Shown piece by piece: positions 1 to 13,554 of a stretch of DNA of 64,000 bases; position 1 is the first letter of the stretch, and each line of letters begins with the position of its first letter. A model generated the notes under the pieces. That model searched no databases and was not told where the DNA came from. It worked only from the letters and a program-made list of their open reading frames with translations. A program made the translations under genes and the position numbers. Source of the stretch: Lama guanicoe (lineage: Eukaryota); contig MU053873.1 of NCBI GenBank assembly GCA_013239625.1, forward strand, positions 1,316,524-1,380,523, given 5' to 3'.

Positions 1-2264
1 CTTTTACTTAATTATGGATGAGTAAACTTCTGTTTGCATTTTATTATGCTTGTGAAAATGAAAGTGAATCACAAATTGTAAGTGAAACTCACTTTTTATT
101 TATATTTGCCCTGTTTTCTCACTATGTCCTTTTAATAATGATTTTGTAAAATGAGAATACTGAAATGCTGTACAGGAAGAAAGGGAGAAGAGGTGTTTGT
201 ATTTCAAGGGTGGATGAAGGGGCAGGCACTGAGATCACTAGGCAACAGGCTGTGAGAAATGTAGCATTTCTCAATTGTGTTGTCATGTAACTATGGAAGA
301 ACAAGCTAGAGCCTAACCTGGTATTTCTTTTTTAATCAAGTCCAGCTGTTGGTCATATGAACACACTCTTTCCTCTGAGTATTAAGGGTGTGTTTTCTCC
401 TTTCCTATGGTATCTTAAATGGCTACTTACTTGTCACCTGGAATGTACTCATGTGTTCTAGGAGCCCCAGTACACTGGTCATTTTTCTTTATGAAGCACA
501 AGTAGAATGCTCACCCCTAGTTGCATGAAACCTTTACAACAAAGAATGTGACTTGACCACATAAGTGTGTTTTTTTTTTAATATATTTTATGAATAGAGT
601 TCTTGTTTTTAATTTGATGAGCAGGGAACTTTCCAACTCTAACCCTCTCTTTACAATCTGTCTTTAATTTGTGAAAAAGATGCACTCCAATTTTTCAGAT
701 GTAAAACTGTTTAATGGGGTTTTTTGATTTCCTAGTTCTCTAGTTGTGATGGGTTATCCTGAAATTCATCATATACCATTTCATGGGTTTCAGTCTCCTT
801 TTCTCATTTGCACACTTACATTTACTACTTTGATATTAAAAGGTAATCAGATAGTGTCTGACCTTAGTCCTCCTTAAATAATACACAGTTGCAGCTGTTA
901 GACTATTTTTATAGTGTTGTTACTAACCTGGTCTTCCATGAAAGAAGTATGAAAGCGTTTTCAACATTTTAGATTGTTTAGTTCATTTTACTTATCCTCT
1001 GTGAGGCATAATCTATGCGTATTTTTAAGGTTGTTCTGAGTTTGAGCATGGAACTTTTTAAAAAAATTCTTTATCTTCTTGGTGGCATTAAGAAACAATT
1101 ATTTTTTCCCTCTGTTTTCTGTAACCTTCTCCCCATTGCCCCTTAATTTTGTAGCATGTTTTTAAGACATTTTAAGTCCTAACACTGGACAGAGCTTGTT
1201 CCGGTAATCATCCTGATATATTCAGATAAGATAAATCTAAAAACCTGTATAGTAATCATCTATTCTTAGCTGAGAAAATTAGGTAGTTATTATAGGTATG
1301 AATATTTGCTTTATAGACCATAAAATGGTCTATATCAGGTACTTGATATGTTTTAGGTCTTATATCAGGTTCTTGAGATGCCACATACACAAGTGTGTTG
1401 TTTATGATGCACAATCTATTAATAAGATTATGCCAACTAATGTAGATGTATAGGAAAATAATCATGTGACAAAAGGAAGACATGTTCTTGCAGTCATAGC
1501 TGTAGGTGAAAATCATTGAATTCTGTTTGTTAGTGGTATCTTCCTCCTACCTGTTGAAATTTTAAATTATACGTGTATATTTGATAAGTATTCATGATTA
1601 TTAGTTTCCTTAAATACTTTGAATAATTATTTAAAATTTTATCCACCAAATCATAATATGTTATATATTTATTTCTTGGAATTGCCTGATACTTAATTCA
1701 CTACTCTATTTTTATTTTGTGACATTCTGCAGTATATTAGTTATCTCAAGGGATGATATAAAATTATTAACATAAAATTACTTTTATTTTATATAAATAT
1801 ATTTGTCTTAATTATTTTTGAGGAAGAATGCTATTGCAAAATCAAACAATGATAGAATGAGAAGATTTATTTAAATAAATGCTAATTTTCACTTAGTCTA
1901 AGAGGATATGGTTTGAAGCCCCTGGGACTTTAGCCTCCTAAGACAGTCTTTGCAATGCTTTTAGAATAAGAGATATAACTGAAACCTGAAGACCCCAAAT
2001 GTCATATTTTATAAATTACCTTAGGAGTTAATAGCAGATTTGTTGAAGAAAAGCAAATAGTGTCAGGTGAAAATAATTACAATTCTGTGTTCAGTAAGAA
2101 CAATTTTTTAGTTCTAGATCTCTTATACAGTGTTCAGTACATTACCGGTATTTGGTATATATTTTTATCATGTCTCTAGTAAATACTTAATTAAACATAG
2201 CTATGTTTGAAATTTGTATAAAAATGACATTATTTCTGAGCAGACAGATATATTCATGGGACTT

Positions 2265-2686
2265 CTGAAAAAATAATTGAATACAGCATGACGAGGCAGA
2301 GAGGTAAAGAGGTACTGCAAGCTGAGGTACCTTAAACAGAGGACAGATTGGTGGTGACCAGAGGCGGGGCTTGGAGGTGGGGAAGTGAGTGAAGGTGGTC
2401 AGAAAGTACAAACTTCCAGTTATAAGTAAGTTCTGTGAATTTAATGAACAGCATGGTGACTGTTGTTAACAATGCTGTATTTTATATTTGAAAGTTACTA
2501 AGAGAGTAGATCTTCAAAGTTCTCATGACAAGAAAGAAAAATTGTGCTGTGTGAGGTGATGGATGTTAACTAAACATTGTGGTAATCATTTTGCAATATA
2601 TACACATATAAGATCATTATGTTATATCCCTTAAACTTATACGATGTTATATGTCAATTATGTCTCAATAAAACTGGGGAAAAAAG
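2265..2686 (+). mobile_element. LINE-1 3' UTR fragment (L1MA-like)
   Basis: Typical L1 3' end text (GAGAGTAGATCTTCAAAGTTCTCA...GTCAATTATGTCTCAATAAAACTGGGGAAAAAA) with poly(A) signal and short A-tail. Confidence 0.85.
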
Positions 2687-3767
2687 TGAAAACATTCACT
2701 AAGAAAAAATCAGAAGATAGCTTGGTAACTTAAGATTTGGAGAACAATCATATTAAAGGTAACAACACTGTAACAAGAAAAATACCAAGATGCAGATATC
2801 CTTCCAGCTTATATAATTACCTATTATTTGGTAGAGAAGGAGTAATATGTCAAAAACTATCTCCAGGTTAGACAGTGTGCCCTTTCTCTGTGTTTCTTTA
2901 TTACTCTGTATGTATTCTTATTGCTGTCTTTATCCCAATTATATTAATCATTTCATTATATAACAGGAGAAACTTTGCCATCTCATTTTAAAATGATTTC
3001 AGCACTTCTGAATTTTTTCCATCTCTGATAGTAAATTTATTTTCCAACTCTGAATCAGTCATTCTCAGTCATGATTTGTGAGATATAATCTGAAAACAAA
3101 AGTTGAAATTAGGAAGCAGTTAATAAAGAGCTATGTTAATATTCTTATGGCATTTCCAGAAGTTGGCTGGGATGTGCAGATTCCATTATAGCTGCTTTTC
3201 ATTTGGGAACTCTTGGATCAGATCCAGTTCTTTGAAAGATGGATTATGTGAGTATAGAAGTGTATTTTAAAAGTGTATCAAGTATATCAATTTTTTTGAT
3301 AGTGTTCAGACACTTTAGGACTTACTACTCCAAGCACCCTGTCTTATTAATTCTTTAATATTCCTGTCAGGGATCAGAAAGTGTCCTCTTTGGTACATTT
3401 TGAAGCAATTTAATTTTGTATGGAAACTTTGGTAGATTAAAATTGTTCTTAATTTCCTTTTTCTGGAGATAGAGAATAGCCATGTATTACCCAGGTATAT
3501 TGTTTCTCTTGTCTTCTCAGCTGAAGTGAGTAGTAGCTGTGGATTATTGAGTTGTCAGCCTAGAGTATTGTAATATATATGGATGAACCTCGCTGAATAT
3601 AGCAGGATCTTCACCTTTGATGGGGGTGGGGTGTCATGTTCTTCTCTGAGAGTCTGATGGAGGCTATTGATCATTTCCCTCCCTGTACCTTTGCCCCAAA
3701 ATAGTAAATAACAGATTTTTTTCTGCTTTAGCTTTTTGCATTGGAATTTTTAATGTTTAATTGGAAT

Positions 3768-3819
3768 TTTTTTTTTTTTTTTTTTTTTTTATTTTTTTGT
3801 GTTTTTTTTTTTTTTTTTT
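3768..3819. repeat. Interrupted poly(T) tract at the edge of an L1 remnant
   Basis: About 50 nt of T with few interruptions. Confidence 0.9.
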
Positions 3820-4806
3820 GCTGTTGAGTTGTGTGAGTTCTTTATATGTTTTGGATACTACCTCCTTATCAGATAAATATTTTCTCCCATTTGATAGGTT
3901 GCCTTTTCATTTTGTTGATGGTTTCCTTTGTTGTATAGAGCTTTTTAGTGTGATGTTAGTGTGATGTAGTCTCCCCTGTTTATTTTTGCTTTTGTTGCCT
4001 TTGTGGTGTTAAATCCAAAAACTCACCAAGACTAATGTCAAGGAGCTTACTGCCTATGTTTTTTCTCTAGGAGTTTTATGGCTTCAGGTCTTACATTCAA
4101 GCCTTTAATCCATTTTGAGGTGATTTTTTGTGTTTGATGTAATATAGTCGTCCAGTTTTATTCTTTGGCATGTGGTTGTCCAGTTTTCCCAGCACCATTT
4201 ATTGTCCTTTCCCTGTTGTATATTCTTGACTCCCTTGTCATAAGTTAATTCACCATATATGTGTGAGTTTATTTCTGACTCTATTCTGTTCCATTGATCT
4301 ATCTGTGTGTTTTTATGCCAGTATCTACTGTTTTGATGACTATAATTTTGTAATATACTTTGAAATCAGGAAGTGAGATGCCTCCAGCTTTCTTCTTCCA
4401 TAAGATTGCTTTGGCTATTTGAAGTCTTTTGTGGTTCAATACAACTTTTAAGATTGTTCTGTTTCTGTTCTATTCTGGAAAATGCCATTGGAATTTGATA
4501 GGGATTGTATTGAATCTGTAAAATATTTTGGGTAGTATGTACATTTTAATACAATACAATATTAGTTCTTCCACTCTATGAGCATGGAATATCTTTCCAT
4601 TTATTTATGTCTTCATTTTTATTTTTTCATTTTCTTAATGGTCTTCTGGAGAGAAACATATATTAAATTTATGTTTAATGTTTTTTGAATATTGTAAATG
4701 ATATTGTTTAAATTTTTAAAAAATCTCATTTTTGCTATTATAAAAAGTTACTAATATAAGAAATACAGTTGACTTTTGTCTATTGACTTTCTATCTTGTG
4801 ACCTTT
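3820..4806 (-). mobile_element. Old LINE-1 ORF2 remnant (possibly two pieces), left of a nested younger L1
   Basis: Antisense ORF2-type text (e.g. TTTAATCCATTTTGAG, TTTGAAATCAGGAAGTGAGATGCCTCCAGCTTT); resumes after the TSD at 6327. Confidence 0.8.
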
Positions 4807-4985
4807 TTAGATTCACTTATTTTTTTTAATTGAGTTATGGTCAATTTACAATGTGTCAATTTCTGGTGTACAGCACAACTCTTTAGTCATACATGAATAT
4901 ACATATATTAGTTTTCATTTTCTTTTTCACTATGAGCTACTGCAAGATATTAAATATATTTCCCTGTGCTATACAGTATAAACTT

Positions 4986-5117
4986 TTTTTTTTTGCAGGG
5001 GGGCCAGATAATTAGGTTTATTTATTTGTTTATTTTTAGAGGAGGTACCAAGGATTGAACCTGGGACCTCGTGCATGCTAAGCATGTGCTCTACCACTTG
5101 AGCTATACCCTACCCCT
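4986..5117 (-). mobile_element. tRNA-derived SINE (vic-1-like) nested in L1 3' UTR
   Basis: Minus strand reads GGGTATAGCTCAAGTGGTAGAGCACATGCTTAGCATGCACGAGGTCCCAGGTTCAATCC (A and B boxes) plus A-tail; TSD CAGT(A/G)TAAACTT at 4974-4985 and 5118-5129. Confidence 0.9.
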
Positions 5118-5274
5118 CAGTGTAAACTTGTTTATCTATTTTATATATACCTGTCAGTATCTGCAAATCTCAAACTCCCAGTTTATCCCTTCCCACCCCT
5201 CCTCCTCTCTGGTAACCACAAGTCTGTATTCTATGTCTGTGAGTCTGTTTCTGTTTTATATATAAGTTCATTTT

Positions 5275-5346
5275 TCTGTCTTGTCTTGTATTGTCTGTCT
5301 TTCTTTCTTTCTTTCTTTCTTTCCTTCTTTCCTTCTTTCCTTCTTT
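5275..5346. repeat. Compound (TCTTG)/(CTTT)/(CCTT) microsatellite
   Basis: Seen directly; lies at the L1 ORF2 stop position. Confidence 0.9.
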
Positions 5347-6326
5347 TCCACATATGAGTGATATCATATGGTATTTTTCTTTCTCATTCTGGCTTACTTC
5401 ACTTAGAATGACATTCGCCAGGGACATCCATGTTGCTGCAAATGGCATTATTTTATCATTTTTTTATGGCTGAGTATTATTCTATTGTATAAATATACCA
5501 CAATTTTTTTATCCAGTCATCTGTCGATGGACATTTAGGTTGTTTCCATGTCTTGGCTATTGTAAATAGTGCTGCTATAAACATTGGGGTGCAGGTGTCT
5601 TTTTGAATTAAGATTCCTTCTGGATATATGCCCATGAGTGGGATTGCTGGGTCATATGGTAAATCTATTTTTAGTCTTTTGAGGAATCTCTACACTGTCT
5701 TCCACAACGTCTGCACCAAGCAACATTCCCACCAATAGTGAAGAAGGGTTCCCTTTTCTCCACACCCTCTCCAGCATTTATCATTTGTGGACTTTTGAAT
5801 GATGGCAGTTCTGACTGGTGTAAGATGATACCTCACTGTAGTTTTGATTTGCATTTCTGTGATAATTAGTGATATTGAGCATTTTTTCATGTGTCTATTG
5901 GTCATTTGTATGTCTTCATTGGAGAATTACTTGTTTAGGTCTTCTGCCCATTTTTGGATTGTATTGTTTGTTTTTTTCTTATTAAGTCATATGAGCTGTT
6001 TATATACTCTGGAAATCAAGCCCTTGTCAGTTTCATCTTTTGCAAATATTTTCTCCCATTCCGTAGGATGTTGTTTGGTTTGCTTATGGTTTCCTTTGCT
6101 GTGCGAAAGCTTGTAAGTTTATTTAGGTCCCATTTGTTTATTTTCCTTTTATTTCTGTTCAAATTGCCCTAGGAGAACTTTGCTGAGATATATGTGAGAT
6201 AATGTTTTGCCTAGGTTTTCTTCTAGGAGATTTGTAGTGTCTTGTCTTATGTTTAAGTCTTTAATCCATTTTGAGTTTATTTTTGTGTATGGTGTGAGGA
6301 AGTATTCTAACTTAGATTCACTTATT

Positions 6327-7660
6327 GCTTCTACTCGATTTTTGTTTGTAGATTCCTTAGGCTTTTTCTTGTTTTATTTCACTGGCTGGAACCTCCAGTA
6401 CGTTGTTAAAGAGAAGTGGTGATAATAAATATCCTCACCTTAGGGAGAAAGCCATAATCTTTCACCTTTAAGTATGGTGTTAGCTGTAGTTTTTTTTTTT
6501 TTTAACAGAAGCTCTGTATCATGTTGAGAAAGTTCCCTGCTAGTCCTAGTTTGATGAGAGTTTTTAAAAAAAAATCATGAATGGATATTGAATGTTATCA
6601 AGTGCTTTTTTACATCTATTCAATTGATTACATTTTTGTTTTTATCTGATGTAGTAGATTATATTGTTTCATTTTTAAATGTTAAATCAATCATATGGGA
6701 TATATTCCGGGAAGGCAAGATTTGTTTAACATTTGAAAATCGATTCCACCTGGTCATGATTTCTAGATTTTTTTAGATATTATTGGATTTGATTTGCTAA
6801 AATTTTATTCAGAATTCTTTCATCTTTGTTCATGAGAGATATTGGTTTGTGTTTTCTTGTAATATCTTTGCTTCCGGTTATCAGTGTAGTGCTGGTGTTA
6901 TTAAAGGAGTTTGAAAGTGTTTTCTCCTATTCTGAAACTATTTGTATAGAATTGATATTTCTTCTTTAAATATTTGATAGAATTAACCAGTGAAGCTGTC
7001 TGGGCCTGCAGCTTTCTTCTTGGGAAGGGTTTTAGATTCAACAAATTCAATTGTTTTAGTATATATAGGGCTCCTCAGTTCTTCTGTTTCTTCTTGAATC
7101 AGTTTTAGTAATCATGTCTCAAGGAATTTATCCATTTCCTTTAAGATGTTCAGTTTATTTGCATAAAATTGTTCATAGTATTTCCTTATTATCCTTTTAA
7201 TGTCTGTAAGACCTGTAGTAATATCCCCTTTGCCATTCCTGATGTTGGTAATTTGTGCCTTCTCTCTTTTTATCTTAATGAATCTACCTAGCATTTTATA
7301 ATTCTTGTTGATTTTTCCCAAAAAACAACTTTTGGTTTGACTTTCTTTATATTTTTTGTTTTTAAAAATTTTATTGATATTTATTCTTATTTTTATTATT
7401 TCTCCCTTCTACTTACTTTGAGTTACTTTGCTCTTATTCTCCTATCATTGACTTTGGACTTCTTTACTATAAGCATTTGAAGAAATACATGTCCCTCCAT
7501 GCACTGCTTTAGCTGTGTTCTACAAATTTTGATATATTTTTTTCATTTTCAACCAGTTGAAAAGTGTTTTCTGTTGTCTCTTGTGTTTGTCCCTTGACCC
7601 ATGGATAGTGCTTTAATTCAGATATTTCAGAATTTCTGTGATAGCTTTTGTTTTTGATGT
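6327..7660 (-). mobile_element. Old LINE-1 ORF2 remnant (continuation)
   Basis: ORF 7112-7321 KREKAQITNIRNGKGDITT...YYEQFYANKL...EMDKFLE matches the L1 ORF2 region between endonuclease and RT. Confidence 0.88.
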
Positions 7661-7679
7661 CTAATTTAACATTTTAGTA

Positions 7680-7850
7680 AATTTATTTTTAATTGTAAAA
7701 TATAGATAACATAAAATTTATCACTTTAACCATTTTTAAGTTCAGTGGTGTTAAGAATATTTGCATTATTATGGAACCATTGCCACCATTTATCTTCAGA
7801 ACTTTTTTCATCTTGTAAAACTGAACTCTATCTTTTAAACAATTAACTCC
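7680..7850 (-). mobile_element. LINE-1 3' end fragment (L1MA/MB-like)
   Basis: AACATAAAATTTATCACTTTAACCATTTTTAAG...TTCAGTGGTGTTAAG is a typical antisense L1 terminus. Confidence 0.7.
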
Positions 7851-7869
7851 TTATTTTGGAATGTGTATT

Positions 7870-8495
7870 CTGGTATTAAAAATAAATATTTTTGAAACAC
7901 TTGAACATAGTCGTAAATAGCTATTTAAATTTCCTTATCTGCAATTTCATCATCTCTGTCGTTTTGGGGCATGTTTATTGAATAATTTTTTTTCTGGTTA
8001 TGTTTCACACTCTCCTGATTTTTTCACATTTCTGGCATTTTTTGGATTGGATTCTAGACATTGTTAATGTTTTCCCATTGTGTATTTGGATTTTGTTGTC
8101 TTCCTTTAAAAAATGTTTCTCTTTGTTTTAGCAGGCAGTTATTTATAGATCTATGTAGCTTCCACGTCTTTGGGAGTCTGCTTCTCCACCTTTAACTGCC
8201 TCAGTTTTCTTGAATTCTGAACTCTGACTCTCCTACTCAGAAGACCTCTGTGCTTTGTTTCAGATTTGCCTCTGTGGCCTAGAGTAAGAGGGAGAAAATT
8301 CTGAAAGGCAGAAAGCGGGGCAATACTAGGGCTCACCTCATTTGTTTCCCTTCTGGGAGGCATAACAGTTTTGTGCTGCCTATTGGTCAGTGTCTAAAAA
8401 CAGTTGTTTCCTATGTCTTGTTCAGTTTTCTAGCTGTTCTGGCAGAGCATAAATGTGGTCTCTGTTACTCTATCTTGACCAGAAGTGGAAGTCAC
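7870..8495 (-). mobile_element. Ancient L1M 5' region fragment
   Basis: Degenerate antisense L1 5' text ending in ATCTTGACCAGAAGTGGAAGTC, like an L1 start. Confidence 0.55.
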
Positions 8496-8689
8496 CAGTG
8501 CTTTCAGTGTATTTTGTAACACTTTTGAGGTTGTGGTAAATAACATGTAAGTCTATCAAAGATTCTTTCTGAGTAAAAATTTGTGAAGATAGTCTGATCT
8601 TTTCTTGTTGCCTTTTAACTAGTCTCCCCTTGTTTTATGGTAATAGTAATGGAGGTGGAATGATTTAGTCTAAAATACAGAATGAAGAC

Positions 8690-8855
8690 TAGATCTGGAG
8701 AGATTGAATGTCATTTTGCCACTGACTTGTTGTATGTGTCTTTAGACATATTCAAAGTATTCAAACATCCATTTCTCCCACTATAAAATGAAAGAAGCAT
8801 ATTGAACTGACCTAAGATCTGAAGTCTTGTTCATCTACAAAATTCTGTGACTCTA
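8690..8855 (+). mobile_element. MIR-family SINE remnant
   Basis: TTTGCCACTGACTTGTTGTATGTG...CTATAAAATGA...AAAATTCTGTGACTCT resembles the MIR core. Confidence 0.5.
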
Positions 8856-9699
8856 TTATGTCTATAAACGTCACTGCAGGTTGAATTCGAAGTTCTGAAA
8901 CCAGTTAAACATTATTTAAAAGTGAAAAATCTGGGTTCTGGCTCTAGCAGTTTGTTCCTTATTTGGTCTAGTTAAATAATAAATCAAGGATGAAAACAAT
9001 ATTAGAGTATTGGATTATATAGTACAAAGGGCATTTATTCCTAAATATTGCACATCCTAACAAGTGTTTTATGCAAATAGATGGTGAAGTGCTATTATGA
9101 TATCTTGGGTTTGCATATGATCTCATTTAGAAACAACTTCCTGCAGGGAGAGGCACAACTGAATATATGGATATTAAATTCTTAATCTCTATTAAAATTC
9201 CTGCCCAAGTCCTTTAAAATATTAACTATTTTGATTATATTATTAATAATGTTATATTATATTATATGCATATCATTCCAAATATGGAAGGTACTTACAG
9301 GAATTTATAGAAATACAAATGTATCTACTTATCACCCCACCCCAACCTTCAGCAATCTAGTTTCCCTCTCCAGGACTGCTTCTCACAAGGAACACTCATT
9401 ATCAGTTTCTTCTTTGTACTGCCACAGGTATTCTCTTTAAAGTGGTCCATTTGAAAAATGAAACTCAAAAATCAAAGCATAAAGGGTATTACAGAAATTG
9501 GAAAGCAGATGAAATTTGTTTCCATTGGAAATAGACTGATAGATTTGCAAAATCACTAGTATACTGTGAATCAAAATATTTCTACATCATGTTAATATTA
9601 CAGAATTAACTTATACAAACTTTATTTCGATTCCTAGGTTGACTTTTTTTAGCAAATTGCAATTTGCTAAATTTGCAATTTTTTAATATGCCACTCTAG

Positions 9700-10500
9700 G
9701 GTTTATGGTATGCATCCTTGAGATCTGCTGGTACCAATTTATGTAAAAGGTAAGAACCTCCCAACAGTGTAGTTCTGTTTATCACTTCCCTATCCTTTGT
9801 GATATTGTTGTCATATATGTTGCACCATACACTATGAACCCCATAATATAGTGTTTTAATTTTTGCTGTAAACAGTCATGTGTTGATTGGAGGAGGCTTA
9901 AGGACGCATTATAATTACATGCAAAGTGTGATGCTAGATTGTATTGTGGAACAAAATATGGTCTATAATTTAGTTAATAGTATTGCACCAGTGTTAATTT
10001 CCTGATTTTGATAATTGCACTATTGTTACATAAAATGTTTAGTGGGTTTTGGGTAAAGGGTATACAGGAAATCTCAGTACTAGTTTTGCAACATTTCTGT
10101 AAGTCTAAAATAATTTCAAAGTATAAAGATTAAAAAAAAAAACTATTGTAATCAGCCATGTGTCCTTTAAGAAATTGAGAAGAGATTTTTTTTTTGTATT
10201 AACTCACAAGTATATCATTTCTTGTGCCCTTCCTTCTTTCCCAGAGATCTCAGTTTTCATCTTGTATCAATTCCCTTCAGTTTAAAAAACCTCCTTTAGA
10301 ATTTTCATAGGGAAGGATTGTAGATGATAAATTCTCTCAGTTTTTGTTTTTCTGAAAGTAGCTTTATTTTACCTTATTTTTTGAAGAAGTTTTTCACTGG
10401 ATATAGAATTCTAGATGGATAGTTTTTTTCCCCCCAACAATTAAAGATATTCCATTGTCTTCTGGCCTCATTATTTCTTGTATAAAATCTTCCCTATTTC
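9700..10500 (-). mobile_element. Ancient L1M fragments, with a plus-strand L1 3' piece at about 9890-10142
   Basis: AATTCTCTCAGTTTTTGTTTTTCTGAAA...TTCACTGGATATAGAATTCTAG is antisense ORF1-end text; the inner piece ends in an A-tail. Confidence 0.6.
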
Positions 10501-10780
10501 AAGTTTCAGTATCCCATTCTTTCTCAGTCAGTGTCCTAAATTTCAGATGAGAAACTTGGTGAGACTATGAATTCAACTGTTATTGTAATTCAGCAGCCCA
10601 TACAATTAAATTCTGTGTTTGATTTTTAGGAAGATTTTTTTTCTGTATCTGTAAGAAATAAAAGATTATTTTAGGATTGTCATGGAAGCTGTATGAATCT
10701 CAGGCCACATCTTGGGCTGAGAGGCAACAGACTTGAGTTTGTCAGTGTTCTCCTTGTTAGTATGGAAGTGCAGTCAAAAT

Positions 10781-11382
10781 TTATTCCACCCCTCTCCCCT
10801 TCTCCCTTGGTAACCATAGGTTTGTTTTCTGTGTTTGGGAATCTGTTTCTGTTTTGTAAATAAGTTCATTTGTATCATTTTTTTTTAGATTCCACAAATA
10901 AATGATATGATATGGTATTTTCTTTCTCTTTCTGTCTTACTTTACTTAGTAATCTCCAGTTCCATCCATGTTGATGTAAATGGCATTATTTCATTCTTTT
11001 TTTACACAGTGTAGTGTTCCATTGTATATATATACCACAACTTCTTTATCCAGTCATCTGGCAGTGCACATTTGGGTTGCTTCCATGTCTTGGCTATTGT
11101 AAATAGTGCTGCTATGAACACTGGGGTGCATGTATCTTTTCGAATTAGAGTTAACTCCAGATACATGCCCAGGAGCAGGATTCTGGATTATATGGTAAGT
11201 CTATTTTTAGCTTTTTAAGAAATCTTCATACTGTTTTCCATAGTGGCTGCACCAAACTACATTTCCACCAATAGTGTAGGAGGGTTCCCTTTTCTCCACA
11301 CCCTCTCCAGCATTTATCATTTGTGGACTTTTGAATGATGGCCATTCTGACTGGTGTGAGGTGATACCTCATTGTAGTTTTG
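10781..11382 (-). mobile_element. LINE-1 ORF2 C-terminus / 3' UTR fragment, related to 4822-6311
   Basis: Near-identical to 5180-5845 (e.g. TTCCATGTCTTGGCTATTGTAAATAGTGCTGCTAT); no A-tail or TSD seen. Confidence 0.9.
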
Positions 11383-12564
11383 GATAATCAGACTATTTAA
11401 TTAAAATGATTTATGAAAGAAAAATGCATTCTATTGTCTCAGTTTAAATTTTTTTCTATTTCCCCATAGTGATCCTAATTTTAATCATTCATTTAAAAAA
11501 GATGTGAATGTGTTTCTGCCTGAAAGATTTGTACTAGAGAATAACTAATACAAACAAAACTTCGGATTAAAAGATTTTTTAAAATACAGCACATTTTAGT
11601 TATAGATCATTTTAAAGATGCTTTAAGTATAAAGAAAAATTATAAATAATTTAACCCCAAGCAATAAGTCTGATAAACATTTTTCCCATCTGATACATCC
11701 TGAGCACTTTTTCATGGCTATAGACATTTAAAAGAATATGATTTAGAATAATTAAGTACTATTTCATTATGTGCAGATATTATAATTTTATTATGACTTA
11801 TTTATTAAATATTTTTCTATTTGGGAACATGAAGATTGCTTCCAGTTCTTCCACATTAAAATAATACTTACATGAATCTTTGCCTATGATTATTCCTTAG
11901 TATATATTCCCAGAATTAGAATTATATTGTTTAAGAGTGTTATGATTTTTGTGGCCAACAAAATGTAATTCCAAATTGTCCTTCAGAATGGTTATATTAA
12001 TTTATATTTTCATAAGCAGCATATGAGAGTGCTTATTTCATCATGCCTTTGCCGATGCTGAAGGTTATAATTAAAAAAAAAACCACTGTATTTTTGTGAG
12101 GTAAAGAATGGTTTTTCAATTTGCATTTCTTTGATATCTAGTGAGGGTAGCATTTAACATATTTACTGGCTACTGTTAATATTTTGTGGATAAATTACTT
12201 ATATTTGTTCATCACCCTTTGAAATGACTAAAATTTCAAAGAGATTCTATTAAAATAGTTTTAAATAAGGGTGAATTTTGATAAAAGTGTGACTTATTCA
12301 GAATTTGCTTTTTCATACTCTTCCTCCTTCAGGTTTTCCTACTAAGTACTATTTTTCCTTCATGTAGATTTTAAGAAGGCAGCAGAAAAGTGGGGAAAAA
12401 GAGGAAGAGGAGGGAAAATATGAAGCGCTTGGAACTTTGCATTTAGTAAGCACTTTGCAAAAATCGTTAGTATTACCACTGCTATTATTGTTATTACCTT
12501 AAAAACATACTTGTTTTCTGTTGGATTTCTTTAGATCTCTACTTTTTAAAATTTTAGCTATTTG

Positions 12565-12770
12565 GGTCATGAAGTCAAACAGATCTGGCTTTTTAGTTCA
12601 TTGTTTTACTATTTATAGATGTACCTTTGCACAAATTACCTCATCTCTCTGAGCTTCAGTTTTTACCTCTCTAAAATGGAAATAACATTTATCTCATAGG
12701 TTTTTTTCTGAGGGTTACATGTGAAAATGAATGTAATGTTTAGCTCAGTGTTAGCATATAGCAAGGGATC
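12565..12770 (+). mobile_element. MIR SINE
   Basis: CTCTCTGAGCTTCAGTTTTTACCTCTCTAAAATGGAAATAA...CTCATAGG core. Confidence 0.75.
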
Positions 12771-13554
12771 ACTGTTTATATTTGAAAAGTTGATCTTTAC
12801 AAGATAATCTTTTCAGATCTCACCACTTATATGTTGTCTTACTAAAATGGTCTTTCTGAAAATCATGCTTTCATGATTAGTGAAAGGGTAGGGGGTTTCA
12901 GTGTGGCAGGTGATGGAAAGATTTTTGAGTAAAGGAGCACACTTTGGTGGTGAGGAGGAAGACTAAGGGAAGTAATTTTATTTTTGAAAAGGAAGAAGAG
13001 AATTCACTAATACAGAGAAAAATTTTGTATGAAATTTCAGTTATTCTTAAACTTGAAGCTCTCACGTTCATAGCTCCCACTGTTGTGGTGCATTTTGAAT
13101 GCTGCAAACATATGCTAAACAATGACTGCAAGGATAGGAGAGGACAAAAAAAAAAAACTATCAAATGATGTGTCATGTAAAATTTGTATTTTACTGTATA
13201 ACATATTGGCATTTGTTTTAGTAACAGACGATTCAGGTTACTTTATAGTGAGCAAAACTGATACTGTAGGAAGATACACCGTGTTTTTTTCTATGGTTTG
13301 GGTTTCTTCTCCATCACTGCCTCTTTGCTAAGAAGTTTCAGTATCAGTTTGGAAAGTACTGCCTTTCATTTCAGAGTTTGTTTCTGCCTTTTGGATAAAA
13401 CTTAAATTAGATGGATGGCCTTCTGAAAGGTTACAGAGAATACATTGCAAAGGCTTCATCCAGGATTTGCCTTGGATCATATTCAGGCTGGTTGTCCTTT
13501 TTCTGGCTTCCTTTAAGTTTTCTGGAAAGAATATGGTTATTTTAATAATAGGCT

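Larger units (their letters stand above)
4822..6311 (-). mobile_element. 5'-truncated lineage-specific LINE-1 (ORF2 C-terminus + 3' UTR) with 15-bp TSD
   Basis: ORF 5690-5905 has the ORF2 cysteine-rich motif [21 protein letters not shown] 5170-5448 has the ORF2 C-terminus; TSD TTAGATTCACTTATT at 4807-4821 and 6312-6326. Confidence 0.93.
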
